Shown: piece by piece, positions 1 through 9,438 of the stretch | Layout of the letters: each line of letters begins with the position of its first letter | Numbering within the stretch: position 1 is the stretch's first letter | Program-made: the position numbers and the translations under genes | The notes under the pieces: generated by a model | Told to the model about the DNA's origin: nothing | Database searches by the model: none | The model's input: the letters and a program-made list of their open reading frames with translations, nothing else | Origin: Synechococcus sp. | GTDB taxonomy: Bacteria > Cyanobacteriota > Cyanobacteriia > Thermostichales > PCC-7336 | Direction: 5' to 3' | Assembly: GCA_051439605.1 (NCBI GenBank) | Contig: JBFRWN010000032.1 | Location: 118,041-182,040, forward strand | DNA: 64,000 nucleotides

Positions 1-2
1 TC

Positions 3-827
3 AAGACTGCGACCCGAACCGTCGTTTGGTATCGCCAGCCAGTAGCGGCTGTGGCGGCATTGGCAGTGGTTGGAGTAGGAGTACTTGGGGCTAGCTTGAT
101 CCTCACCCGTCCTCCAACGGAAGAACTGGCAGAAAATACCGCTCGACAGGAGGTCACCGGGCTAGTAGAAAGTCAATCGCCCACAGCTGCTGCAGATTCA
201 CCCCCCGCTGACTCGGCCCCTTCCGTACGCCGCTCTCTAGCAGAACCAGATATCCCAGAATCTGAAGTGGCAGATTCTTTAATTACAGAGCCCTCAGCCC
301 CAGCCCCTGTAATACCTGCACCTGAAGCCACAGAATCCAGCGTGACGGATACCCTACAGTCAGCCCCTTTACCCTCTACTGCTGATGGTGACGATTTATC
401 CTCTGAACCTTCACAGGCTGAACCAGACGATGCAGGGAAGGCGGTTGAGGATGCCGATCTCGGAGACTTAGCTGCACTGTCCCAGTCAGATGTTCCAGCA
501 CCTCAGGAGCAACCGTCTCAATTGAGCGAGCAACAATTTGCAGACCCAGTAGCAAAGCTGGCGATATCCCAACAGCAGTTACAGGCAGCGTTGGCTACTG
601 ACTGGCAAGCCCCAGAGTCTTTGACAGGTCCCATTGAGTACAATCTCACCCTTGCCCCTGATGGCACCATTTTGACAGCGGTCCCGGTTGATGAGCGGGC
701 AAGGGAGCTACAACCTCAAACCCCTTTTGCTGATATTCCGGCAACCTCCGACTCGGAGGGTGTTCCAGCTAGAGCAACGTTAGGAGCAGACAGCACTGTT
801 TCGGTTACCTTATCCCCGCAGCCGTAA
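3..827 (+). CDS. Membrane-anchored hypothetical protein, 5'-truncated by the window edge (possibly DUF4335-like)
   Basis: Frame open from position 3; TM helix, acidic Pro/Ser linker, C-terminal globular region. Confidence 0.6.
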   Translation, partial: KTATRTVVWYRQPVAAVAALAVVGVGVLGASLILTRPPTEELAENTARQEVTGLVESQSPTAAADSPPADSAPSVRRSLAEPDIPESEVADSLITEPSAPAPVIPAPEATESSVTDTLQSAPLPSTADGDDLSSEPSQAEPDDAGKAVEDADLGDLAALSQSDVPAPQEQPSQLSEQQFADPVAKLAISQQQLQAALATDWQAPESLTGPIEYNLTLAPDGTILTAVPVDERARELQPQTPFADIPATSDSEGVPARATLGADSTVSVTLSPQP

Positions 828-968
828 CTGAAAGTTCTGTAACTGCAACCGCCACAACCCATACCGCCATAATCTTGTTCGATGGTAGGAACTATTGCAC
901 TGTTGCGATCGTCCCTGGACTGATACCATTCGGGATCCCATGCCAAACCGTTTAGGAAAACAAGCCGC

Positions 969-1823
969 ATGAAGCCCTATCTTGCTGCTGCGATTCAAAT
1001 GACCAGTAAGCCCGATCTGGAGGAAAATCTGGAACAGGCTGAGGAATTAATCGATTTTGCGGTCCGACAGGGGTGCAAGCTCATCGTATTGCCGGAAAAC
1101 TTTGCGTATATGGGGGACGAGCAAAAAAAGCTCGAGCTGGCAGAGGAAATTTCCACCCGCACCGAAGAGTTTTTGCGCACGATGGCCCTGCGCTACCAAG
1201 TGTACGTGTTGGGGGGAGGGTATCCCGTACCAACCCCAGAGCAGAAAACAGGTCAGGAAAAGCAACCTGATGGGAAAAAAGTCTACAATACCGCAACATT
1301 GCTCAGCCCCAATGGAGCCGAACTGGCCCGCTATCAAAAAATCCATCTATTTGACGTCAACCTGCCGGATGGCAACACCTATCGCGAATCCAATACGGTA
1401 ATGCCAGGGTCAGGGCAAATGCAGTCCTGTTATATCGAGACCCTCGGCACCCTTGGGTTGTCCGTCTGCTATGACGTGCGTTTTCCCGAACTTTATCGCA
1501 CACTGGCATCTCAGGGTGCTGATGTACTGCTGATTCCGGCTGCCTTTACCGAGTTCACGGGGAAGGATCACTGGCAAATTTTGATTCAAGCTCGGGCGAT
1601 CGAAAATACCTGTTACGTGATTGCTCCGGCTCAAGTGGGGGTGCATTATGCCCGTCGCCAAACCCACGGACATGCCATGATTGTTGACCCCTGGGGGACG
1701 ATATTAGCGGATGCCGGAGGCATGAAGCCTGGGGTGGCGATCGCCGAGATTAATCCAGAACGCCTGCAGCAGGTGCGCCGCCAGATGCCCAGCTTGCAGC
1801 ACCGCCGCCTATCGGCGTTTTAA
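969..1823 (+). CDS. Carbon-nitrogen hydrolase (Nit1-like amidase)
   Basis: LPENF, YQKIHLFDV and VCYDVRFPE catalytic E-K-C motifs. Confidence 0.92.
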   Translation: MKPYLAAAIQMTSKPDLEENLEQAEELIDFAVRQGCKLIVLPENFAYMGDEQKKLELAEEISTRTEEFLRTMALRYQVYVLGGGYPVPTPEQKTGQEKQPDGKKVYNTATLLSPNGAELARYQKIHLFDVNLPDGNTYRESNTVMPGSGQMQSCYIETLGTLGLSVCYDVRFPELYRTLASQGADVLLIPAAFTEFTGKDHWQILIQARAIENTCYVIAPAQVGVHYARRQTHGHAMIVDPWGTILADAGGMKPGVAIAEINPERLQQVRRQMPSLQHRRLSAF

Positions 1824-1925
1824 GTTGTCGGAACATAAGCTGTCAGTACCTGCGCCAGTCCGCCTATTTTCTAGCTCGTGGCTCAATATCCTGCCGTCCA
1901 GAGAAATTGACAGGAACACCAGATT

Positions 1926-2729
1926 TCACTCACTAGGAGAACTGCAGAGTTGGCCGGTAATGGCGGGCCAACCGGAGGTCCAACTGGCCACCTCTGCCTC
2001 CAGTTCAGCGTCGCTTACCTCCCGCTCTAGATCGACGCTAGCTGAAATGGCCATCCAATCAGGGGGAGGGATATCGGGTTTCACCTGCACTTCCCGATCT
2101 CCAATGGCAATTACTTGAGGCAGGTCGAGGAAGTCGCTGACTGCAAACAGCACGCGATCGTTACTAGAACTGTCCCAGCCCAACAACACGGTAGCTGGGA
2201 ATTGAGGATCGGGGGTTCTGGTGGTGAGTTGGGCCGGCTTCCCTCCCTCCTCAGGAGACCACAGCACTGCCCGATTGAGGATAGCTTGAGACCGAAATAG
2301 GCCGGAATATTCCCGCACGAGGACCTGACCGTTACGCCACTCCATCGGCAGAAGGAACAAAAAATCTAGTCCCAATTCATCCCCTTCGCGAAAGACAGAA
2401 CTGGGATTGTAGATGGTCTGTAACTGTTGGGTTTGATTGTCTTGGGCAAACAGGACGCTACTGAGGCGACCCAAGCCCACCGGGGTGATTTCGTAGGTAA
2501 TACGGCTGTATACCTGCCAGCGACCATCACCCGAAATCAAAGGCTGGCTGCGCAGCAGTCCCACCAGCCTGCAGTTGCGCTCGAAAGATTGCTGCTGCAA
2601 ATCCTGAAGCCACAGTCGGGGAATCGGAGTGCCCTGAGCGTGGGCATGGGGGCTGTGGGGATGGAGCACTAAGCTCAGCAGCGACGAACTCAACATGGCT
2701 AGTAATGCGGTCCTTGGCTGGACGTTCAT
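1926..2729 (-). CDS. Secreted hypothetical protein
   Basis: 267-aa ORF with a signal-peptide-like N-terminus. Confidence 0.65.
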   Translation of the reverse strand: MNVQPRTALLAMLSSSLLSLVLHPHSPHAHAQGTPIPRLWLQDLQQQSFERNCRLVGLLRSQPLISGDGRWQVYSRITYEITPVGLGRLSSVLFAQDNQTQQLQTIYNPSSVFREGDELGLDFLFLLPMEWRNGQVLVREYSGLFRSQAILNRAVLWSPEEGGKPAQLTTRTPDPQFPATVLLGWDSSSNDRVLFAVSDFLDLPQVIAIGDREVQVKPDIPPPDWMAISASVDLEREVSDAELEAEVASWTSGWPAITGQLCSSPSE

Positions 2730-2797
2730 ACCAATGACACAACCTCTCTATGCCAGCGATCGAAGGGAGACCTTATTATGAAAGCTCTCTCCATCAA

Positions 2798-4138
2798 TCA
2801 ATCATTCATCCCCGCTTTGTCAATGCGCAACTGTACCGAAGCACCGTGCGAGGGCAGTCCCTCTGCCTCGGTCAATGCTGCAATCGCCCCAGAGACCTCT
2901 TGGAGGGCATTAGCGCTGTACTGAATGACGCTGGAATGCTTCATAAAGGTTTCCACCCCCAGGGCGGACGTGTAGCGGGCGGCTCCGCAGGTGGGTAGCG
3001 TGTGGTTTGGACCCGCGATATAGTCTCCCACCGCCTCAGGGGTGTTGTGACCCATAAAGATGGCCCCCGCATGGCGAACCCCTTCGATGACTTCCCAGGG
3101 ACTTTCTACTTCTAGCTCAAGGTGCTCTGGGGCGAATAGGTTTGAGAGAGCAACGGCCACATCCAAATTTTCCACAACGACTATTACGCCGTAGTGGGCG
3201 ATCGCTTTTTCAGTTAAGGTGCGGCGGGGGTGGTTTTCCAGCTGTTTTTTGACTTCAAGGGTGACCTGTTTCGCTTGGTCATAATCGGTGGTGAGCAAAA
3301 TGGCAGCAGCTAGAGGGTCGTGCTCTGCCTGTGCCAGAAGGTCTGCGGCTAGGTAGGTGGGATTGGCACTGCTATCGGCGATGATGAGCACTTCAGAGGG
3401 TCCCGCCAAGGAATCAATGCCGACGGTGCCGTACACCTGCTTTTTGGCCAAAGTGACGTAGATGTTGCCGGGGCCAGAAATGACATCAACTTTGGGGATA
3501 GATTCGGTGCCGTAGGCTAAGGCCGCAATGGCTTGAGCCCCTCCGACGCGGAAGATTTTGTCGATGCCCGCCTCTTGGGCTGCCACTAGGACGGCGGGGC
3601 TGATGCTGCTGCTTTTTTGGCCGTTATCAGGGCCAAAACCAGCGGACCCTGGTGGGGTAACCATGATAACTTCTTTCACCCCAGCCACTTTGGCGGGTAC
3701 TGCATTCATCAGCACCGTACTGGGATAGGCAGCCCGGCCACCGGGAACGTACAAACCAGCGCGATCGACGGCGGTGTAACGCTTACCCAAGACAATATCG
3801 GGCTCTGAGAAGGTAACCCATCCTTTGGGAACTCTCTGGCGGTGGAAGGCTTCGATACGCTGTTGGGCCATACGAATGGCGTCTACCAACTGGGGGGACA
3901 CCGCCTGGTAGGCGGTATCTAATTCGGCACCAGAAACCTGCAGGGTATCGACCGTGAGTGTCACCCCATCAAATTCAGCGGTGTAGTTCAGTAATGCTCG
4001 ATCTTTTTTTCGTTGGACGGTTTGTAAAATCTCTTGAACTGTTGCTTCGCGATGCACCTGTTGGTCGGCCTGGATGCGATCGCTAATCCGCTTTAATTCG
4101 GCCTCGGCTTCGGTGCGCTGGGTGACAATTCTCAACAT
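2798..4138 (-). CDS. hisD: Histidinol dehydrogenase
   Basis: GLYVPGGRAAYPSTVLM, GPGNIYV, AGPSEV, QAEHD, GDYIAGPNHTLPT motifs. Confidence 0.97.
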   Translation of the reverse strand: MLRIVTQRTEAEAELKRISDRIQADQQVHREATVQEILQTVQRKKDRALLNYTAEFDGVTLTVDTLQVSGAELDTAYQAVSPQLVDAIRMAQQRIEAFHRQRVPKGWVTFSEPDIVLGKRYTAVDRAGLYVPGGRAAYPSTVLMNAVPAKVAGVKEVIMVTPPGSAGFGPDNGQKSSSISPAVLVAAQEAGIDKIFRVGGAQAIAALAYGTESIPKVDVISGPGNIYVTLAKKQVYGTVGIDSLAGPSEVLIIADSSANPTYLAADLLAQAEHDPLAAAILLTTDYDQAKQVTLEVKKQLENHPRRTLTEKAIAHYGVIVVVENLDVAVALSNLFAPEHLELEVESPWEVIEGVRHAGAIFMGHNTPEAVGDYIAGPNHTLPTCGAARYTSALGVETFMKHSSVIQYSANALQEVSGAIAALTEAEGLPSHGASVQLRIDKAGMND

Positions 4139-4168
4139 GGCGATGGTGACTCAACATGGCGATCGTGA
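4131..4168. repeat. 19-bp tandem duplication over the hisD start codon
   Basis: CTCAACATGGCGATGGTGA / CTCAACATGGCGATCGTGA, 1 mismatch. Confidence 0.9.
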
Positions 4169-4572
4169 AACGATGCAGGGCTGTCTGGGGCGTTGCTGCT
4201 AACCCCAAAGGGGTCTCGTGCAATAGCTTAGCTTGATTTTCTCTACTGAACGGTGGGGTGAGGACCGATGGAGGCTATCTTATGCAGGAAAGAATGTCTA
4301 TTATGCCTTGCTAGTCGGGGAGGATTGGCAGAGCAATCGCTTCGGGGATGGGTATATAGACGGCAGATTTTCCACCAATGGGAATGTTGAGGGGATTTCG
4401 TCCGGGGTAAACTGCGACCCTACGCAATCTTCAGTCTGTGGGGTTAGTCAGTATCTGTCGAGATTAGTCTTAGGGAAAAGCCAATTTCCGAGAAAAATTT
4501 AGTTGGCAGCGATCGCTTCAAGGTGGTACCTTAGAACCCGACTTGAACACATTGTGAAGATTCAGTCGCAAT

Positions 4573-4644
4573 GGCACAGTAGCTCAGTGGTAGAGCAGGG
4601 GACTCATAAGCCCTTGGTCACGTGTTCAAATCACGTCTGTGCCA
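4573..4644 (+). tRNA. trnM: tRNA-Met(CAT), elongator type
   Basis: Acceptor stem GGCACAG/CTGTGCC, D-arm AGCTCAGTGGTAGAGC, anticodon loop CTCATAA, T-loop TTCAAAT; paired G1-C72 argues against fMet; Ile2 not fully excluded. Confidence 0.9.
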
Positions 4645-4700
4645 TCTAATATTAGAAAGAGTATTCGCGTCTTAGCTATTGCTATGCAAGGGGTTCAGTA

Positions 4701-4925
4701 TTGAATGAACTCGCTGCAGCATTGGTGAAGAGTGGCTACAAAGTTGCCATCTTCAGCCAGAAAAACGAGTCCATTTTCAAATCCGCCGCGTTAACCCCCG
4801 GCGACATTCGCAAAGCTAACGATCGCATCAAACTGCAGCGAGTCTCGCTTAAGGTCAAAAATAATCAGATTTGGATGCAGGGTACCCTTCCTCTGCGACC
4901 TGGGAGCGATGACGGTTTGCTCTGA
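4701..4925 (+). pseudogene. Probable N-terminal remnant of a tRNA-associated tyrosine integrase
   Basis: DIRKANDRIKLQRVSLKVKNNQIWMQGTLPLRPG resembles the N-terminus of cyanobacterial site-specific integrases; starts 56 bp after the tRNA; no catalytic domain follows. Confidence 0.55.
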
Positions 4926-5077
4926 ATCCGCTACTGCGTGAGGAGCCATCCAAGTTTGAGAAAAGATTTCACCCTTGGGATAGCGATTGGCTTCATCGAT
5001 CGGTCAGTTCCTTTGCTGGAGAGTCTCTCCACTAGAGACTTGCAGAACATACCCTGAAAAGAGAACAATGCCCAAAA

Positions 5078-5326
5078 TTATGTCCCGATTGATGGGGCCG
5101 AAACGAATGGCCCATTGCTGAGTTCGACATCCTGCAGCACAGCAGAAATATTAGGCAATACACTGGGCAAATATTCTAGTAGCCATAACTGAGATCGGGC
5201 CACAGTGGGGGATATTATCTTAGCCACTGGGAGCGATCGCACCATTTGCAGCCTTAGCTCCATCTCTAATGCCAAGATATCCAGCTCGAGCTCAAGCAGG
5301 TTCTGTTGTAGGTCGGTATTCATCAC
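5078..5326 (-). CDS. Small hypothetical protein
   Basis: 82-aa ORF co-oriented downstream of the pentapeptide gene; AGAGAG before the ATG. Confidence 0.35.
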   Translation of the reverse strand: MMNTDLQQNLLELELDILALEMELRLQMVRSLPVAKIISPTVARSQLWLLEYLPSVLPNISAVLQDVELSNGPFVSAPSIGT

Positions 5327-5370
5327 TCTCTAGCCAAACAGAATAAATGCAACGCGATTCAGAATGCGCC

Positions 5371-6264
5371 TTAGTTCAGCAATGAGGCCCTAATCGACTG
5401 GGGATTAAATCCGGAAGGGAAAACCGTAGTGTTGTCATGCTGGGCTCCATCCAAAATGCTGCCTTCTAAGTTTGCCCCCATCAAGTTTGCCCCCCGCAGA
5501 TTGGCGTCCATCAAAATAGCCCCGGCCAAATTGGCATTGCTCAGATCGCTATTCTGAAAACTAGCCCCTTGCATGACAGCCCCCTGCAGCAGCGCCATTT
5601 GCAAGTTGGCATTGCTGAAATTGGTTTCAATCAAGTAGGAGTGCTGCAGATCGGCCCCCTGCAAATTGGCCCCACTTAAATTGCTGCCAATCAGGCGACT
5701 CTCCTGCAAAATGGCCCCTTGGAGGCAGGAATTGGTCAAAATGGCTTTACCCAGGTTGGCTTTGCGAAAATCAGCATCGCTACAATTCGAATCGGTCATT
5801 TGGGTAGCGATTAAATAGGCTTCCGAAAGCTCTGCCTTATTGAGACGAGATTGAGCAAGGTTGGCTTCCACTAATTTGGCTCCTGCCAAATCTATCCCCG
5901 TCAGATCGGCATCCTCAAGATTAGCTCGACTGAGGTTCGCCTCCCGCAAATCAGCATGGCAGAGCTGGATTCCCGCAAGTTCCAAACCAATGAGGCGCAA
6001 GTTACGAAAATCTCGTTCCCCTGCGGCATACCGATCCAGCAATTGTTTCACTGCTGTCGTATCTCGGAAAAAGGAATGAATAGAGGCCCCTTCGGAGTCC
6101 TCTTGAAAGCATAGACTTGCCCTAGGAATAGGGCTGGGCTCATTGAGTTGGCCATTCTCAGGCAATTGCTGGAGTTCAGTAAATTGCTCGAGATCGGATC
6201 GTTGCTCAATAGAAATGGCATCAGTATCCGAGATCTTCTCTGGGCTAGAAACGTTCAACACCAC
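5371..6264 (-). CDS. Pentapeptide repeat protein
   Basis: LLDRYAAGERDF cap followed by A(N/D)Lxx repeats. Confidence 0.93.
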   Translation of the reverse strand: MVLNVSSPEKISDTDAISIEQRSDLEQFTELQQLPENGQLNEPSPIPRASLCFQEDSEGASIHSFFRDTTAVKQLLDRYAAGERDFRNLRLIGLELAGIQLCHADLREANLSRANLEDADLTGIDLAGAKLVEANLAQSRLNKAELSEAYLIATQMTDSNCSDADFRKANLGKAILTNSCLQGAILQESRLIGSNLSGANLQGADLQHSYLIETNFSNANLQMALLQGAVMQGASFQNSDLSNANLAGAILMDANLRGANLMGANLEGSILDGAQHDNTTVFPSGFNPQSIRASLLN

Positions 6265-6443
6265 TCATCCCCTTAACCAGATTTGCGTTGACCCTCCAAG
6301 GTGGTTAGCCCCGCAAAAGATTGGGTATGAGTGTATCCGCGTTCCCTAAACTTGTCCTGCACCTTTAAGCAATTCACGATCGCTGACCAATGACTTATGA
6401 CCACCGACCTCCTCAGCAAAAAGAGCAAGTTGGTCACGCAAAT

Positions 6444-7625
6444 TTAAGAGGGAAGCCCCGTTAAGTGCACCTCAGCCCCTAACCCAGCAGCCATTTCTGC
6501 CGGGGTGATACGACCATCACCATCGGTATCTAGAGCATCGAAGACGGCGTCGGTACCAGCCCACTCCTCTCGAGCGATCGAGCCATCGCCATCCAGGTCA
6601 TACACCTTAAAAATATCGGTGGCTGCGTGGGTAAGGGTTTCTTCCCCCTCCATTTGAGCCAAGCGTCGGGCCAGCATTGCTTCAAGAGCTTCCAACGCCT
6701 TCGAGAATTTATCAATTCCTTCCGATAGCTTCTCAGATGCCATTCGATCGGACTCGTGGATGCGGTTGAAGGTGACCCAATCCATCGGAATTTTTGAAAT
6801 ATTTTGGCTGGCTGCAGTGGCCGGATCGAGCTTGCGGGGGAGCTCCTCCAATTTGGTATTTAACTCATCCAAAAGCTTGGGAGAAATGGTCAGCAGGTCG
6901 CATCCTGCTAGCTCGCAAATTTCACCAATGTTGCGGAAGCTGGCCCCCATTACCTCAGTTTTATAGCCAAATTTTTTATAGTAGTTATAGATTTGGGTTA
7001 CCGAGACCACTCCGGGGTCTTCTTGCGCAGGATAGCTCTCTCGTCCCGTATCTTTTTTGTACCAATCTAGAATACGACCCACAAAGGGAGAAATCAGGGT
7101 GGCCTCCGCCTCGGCACAGGCGATCGCTTGGTGCAGACCAAACAGCAGCGTCAGATTGCAATGAATGCCCTCTTCCTCCAGGATCTCTGCAGCTTTAATG
7201 CCTTCCCAGGTGGAGGCAATCTTGATCAAAATACGTTCGCGAGAAATTCCGGCTGCCTCGTATTGGGCAATAATGTCGCGGGCTTTTTCAAGGGTAGCTT
7301 CCGTGTCGTAGGAGAGACGGGCGTCTACCTCTGTGGATACCCGACCGGGAATGATGTTGAGAATTTTGAGGCCAAAAGAAACCGCTAAGCGATCGATCGC
7401 GCGGCTAGCCACCTTAGTCGCCGTCGCCGTGGTTCCTAGCTCTTGGCGAGATTGCTTGAGGGTGTCGTCCACAATATCCTTGTATGCAGGCATTTGGGCT
7501 GCAGCAGCGATCAAAGAGGGGTTAGTTGTCGCATCGCGAGGGGTAAAGTCTTCGATGGCATTAATATCTCCCGTATCAGCCACCACGATGGTGTACTGTC
7601 GCAATTGCTCGAGCAGGCTGGGCAT
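6444..7625 (-). CDS. tal: Transaldolase with C-terminal EF-hand pair
   Basis: [44 protein letters not shown] and DTDGDGRI loops; probable start MPSLLEQL at 7625. Confidence 0.96.
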   Translation of the reverse strand: MPSLLEQLRQYTIVVADTGDINAIEDFTPRDATTNPSLIAAAAQMPAYKDIVDDTLKQSRQELGTTATATKVASRAIDRLAVSFGLKILNIIPGRVSTEVDARLSYDTEATLEKARDIIAQYEAAGISRERILIKIASTWEGIKAAEILEEEGIHCNLTLLFGLHQAIACAEAEATLISPFVGRILDWYKKDTGRESYPAQEDPGVVSVTQIYNYYKKFGYKTEVMGASFRNIGEICELAGCDLLTISPKLLDELNTKLEELPRKLDPATAASQNISKIPMDWVTFNRIHESDRMASEKLSEGIDKFSKALEALEAMLARRLAQMEGEETLTHAATDIFKVYDLDGDGSIAREEWAGTDAVFDALDTDGDGRITPAEMAAGLGAEVHLTGLPS

Positions 7626-7835
7626 GGCGCTCTCCCTGTTTGCTAGTGGCGTTTCTATTCTGACTTGGTTTAAGACGATAACCGCCTGCGATCGTTCTAT
7701 CTTCGGATGTGTAATTCTAAACAAAAATAGCTCTGTATCTTAAGCTTATTTGACCTCTTAATTTGCTTGTCAGTAAATTATTTTGTATTTATTGTTTGAC
7801 CTATGATAGTGTTTTTCTTCAGTAGAAACCTCGTG

Positions 7836-7885
7836 CTAAGAACTGTAGATTGACGAAGAAAATAACAAAACTCTACAGTTCTTAG
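7836..7885. repeat. Inverted repeat with 14-bp perfect arms
   Basis: CTAAGAACTGTAGA ... TCTACAGTTCTTAG with a 22-nt loop. Confidence 0.85.
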
Positions 7886-7964
7886 TTAAATGTGCGAGCC
7901 TTAATGAGGCTGCCATCTTAGACTTGAATTATGGCGACCATAGGCAATTGCTGGAGAGAACGCT

Positions 7965-8351
7965 ATGTCCCCGATGCGCTCCGAAGAGTTAGCAAGCCGT
8001 TCTGGTCGATCGTTCGATCTGGTGCGATTTTTGGGTGCTAAATTGTGGCGGGAAGCCGAGCAAGAAGCGCTCTCGAATGCATCCGCTTCGACGAACTGGA
8101 TCGACAAACGGTATTGGGAAGATCGCTTTAAGGAAGCATTTTCCAAATGCGAACAATACGACATCCCGGAAGAAGATTTAAAGATTTGCACTCCCGATCG
8201 GTTTTGGATGAACGTAGAACATTTAGCCCACAACAAGCTACACGAGAACCTGTCGAACGACGAATGGGGCTATTGGGCTTCCATTTTGGCAAAGGCCGCT
8301 GTGGCTATCTCGGAAGTCGAGAGTTCTCGTGCCAGTCAGACCTTCCATTAG
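7965..8351 (+). CDS. Hypothetical protein
   Basis: 128-aa ORF, GGAGAG SD upstream, fills the intergenic space. Confidence 0.65.
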   Translation: MSPMRSEELASRSGRSFDLVRFLGAKLWREAEQEALSNASASTNWIDKRYWEDRFKEAFSKCEQYDIPEEDLKICTPDRFWMNVEHLAHNKLHENLSNDEWGYWASILAKAAVAISEVESSRASQTFH

Positions 8352-8363
8352 AAATTGCTGCGG

Positions 8364-9290
8364 TCATATTACCTGGGGAGGCTCAGTCGTGGTGGAAGAC
8401 TGATTGCTGTACTGCTGACGTTCTTGGCTGGATAGTACTTGATTGAGCTTGCCGCTGCGATACCCTTCAAGATCTAATGAAACGTAAGTAAAACCAGCCT
8501 CCTGAAACGCATTGACTAATGCCGCAAGGTCGGTGGAAGAGGTAAATTCTGCAATGCGATCGGGGGCTAATTCGATGCGGGCAGTGTCCTGTTCGGAGCG
8601 GACTCGCACCTGCCGCCAGCCCAGATTACGCAGGTAGCGTTCCCCAGCGGCCACCCGAGCTAACTTCTCGACCGTAATCGATTCTCCATAGGGGAACCGG
8701 GAGCTGAGGCAGGGCTGCGCTGGCTTATCCCACCAGGGCAATCCCAATGCTCGGGAAAGCTGTCTTACCTCTAACTTCGTAATCCCCACCTCAGCCAGCG
8801 GCGATCGCGCCCCTCGCTCTTTGGCCGCCTGCACCCCCGGGCGATAATCCAATAAATCGTCGGCATTGACTCCATCGACCACATAGGGATAGCCCCGCTC
8901 TTTGCCCAATGGCTTTAAAGTGTCGTGTAATTCGCTTTTGCAAAAGTAGCAACGATTGACGGGATTACTCGCATAGTTCGGATTCTCCATCTCGTGGGTT
9001 TGCACCATTTCATGATCGAACCCAATATGAGCTGCCTGTGCGATCGCCTCATCCAAATCTTCTGGCATCAGGGATGGGGAAACCGCCGTCACAGCTAGCA
9101 ACTTAGTCCCCAGAACATCCCACGCCACCTTGGCTACCAACGTGCTGTCAATACCACCGGAGTAGGCCACCAATCCGCAGTCCATCTCCGCAATAATCTG
9201 CCGCAGGCGATCGTATTTCTGTTGCAGCTGCGGCTCTATTGAAATCTCGAATTGAGCAGCAACATGTCCTGGGACAGAAGAAGCAGTCAT
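8364..9290 (-). CDS. larE: LarE-like ATP-dependent sulfur transferase (PP-loop)
   Basis: AYSGGIDS, NRCYFCK, DYRPG, PCLSSRFPYG, GYRSGKLN; start uncertain (9290 or 9317). Confidence 0.88.
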   Translation of the reverse strand: MTASSVPGHVAAQFEISIEPQLQQKYDRLRQIIAEMDCGLVAYSGGIDSTLVAKVAWDVLGTKLLAVTAVSPSLMPEDLDEAIAQAAHIGFDHEMVQTHEMENPNYASNPVNRCYFCKSELHDTLKPLGKERGYPYVVDGVNADDLLDYRPGVQAAKERGARSPLAEVGITKLEVRQLSRALGLPWWDKPAQPCLSSRFPYGESITVEKLARVAAGERYLRNLGWRQVRVRSEQDTARIELAPDRIAEFTSSTDLAALVNAFQEAGFTYVSLDLEGYRSGKLNQVLSSQERQQYSNQSSTTTEPPQVI

Positions 9291-9438
9291 GAAACCGTTG
9301 GGGGCTAGAGGGAACAAGAAAGAGGTGGGAGTGAAGGATGTGGGAAAAATGGGGACCGAAAGAGAGGATGTTATCCCCAGGAAGTAACAATAAACTCACT
9401 GTAACTGCTTTGAATATGTCAATTGGGTAGCAAATTTG

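Noticed and set aside
4233..4502. 89-aa ORF between hisD and the tRNA
   Set aside because: TTG start, no recognisable motif, lies in a divergent promoter region
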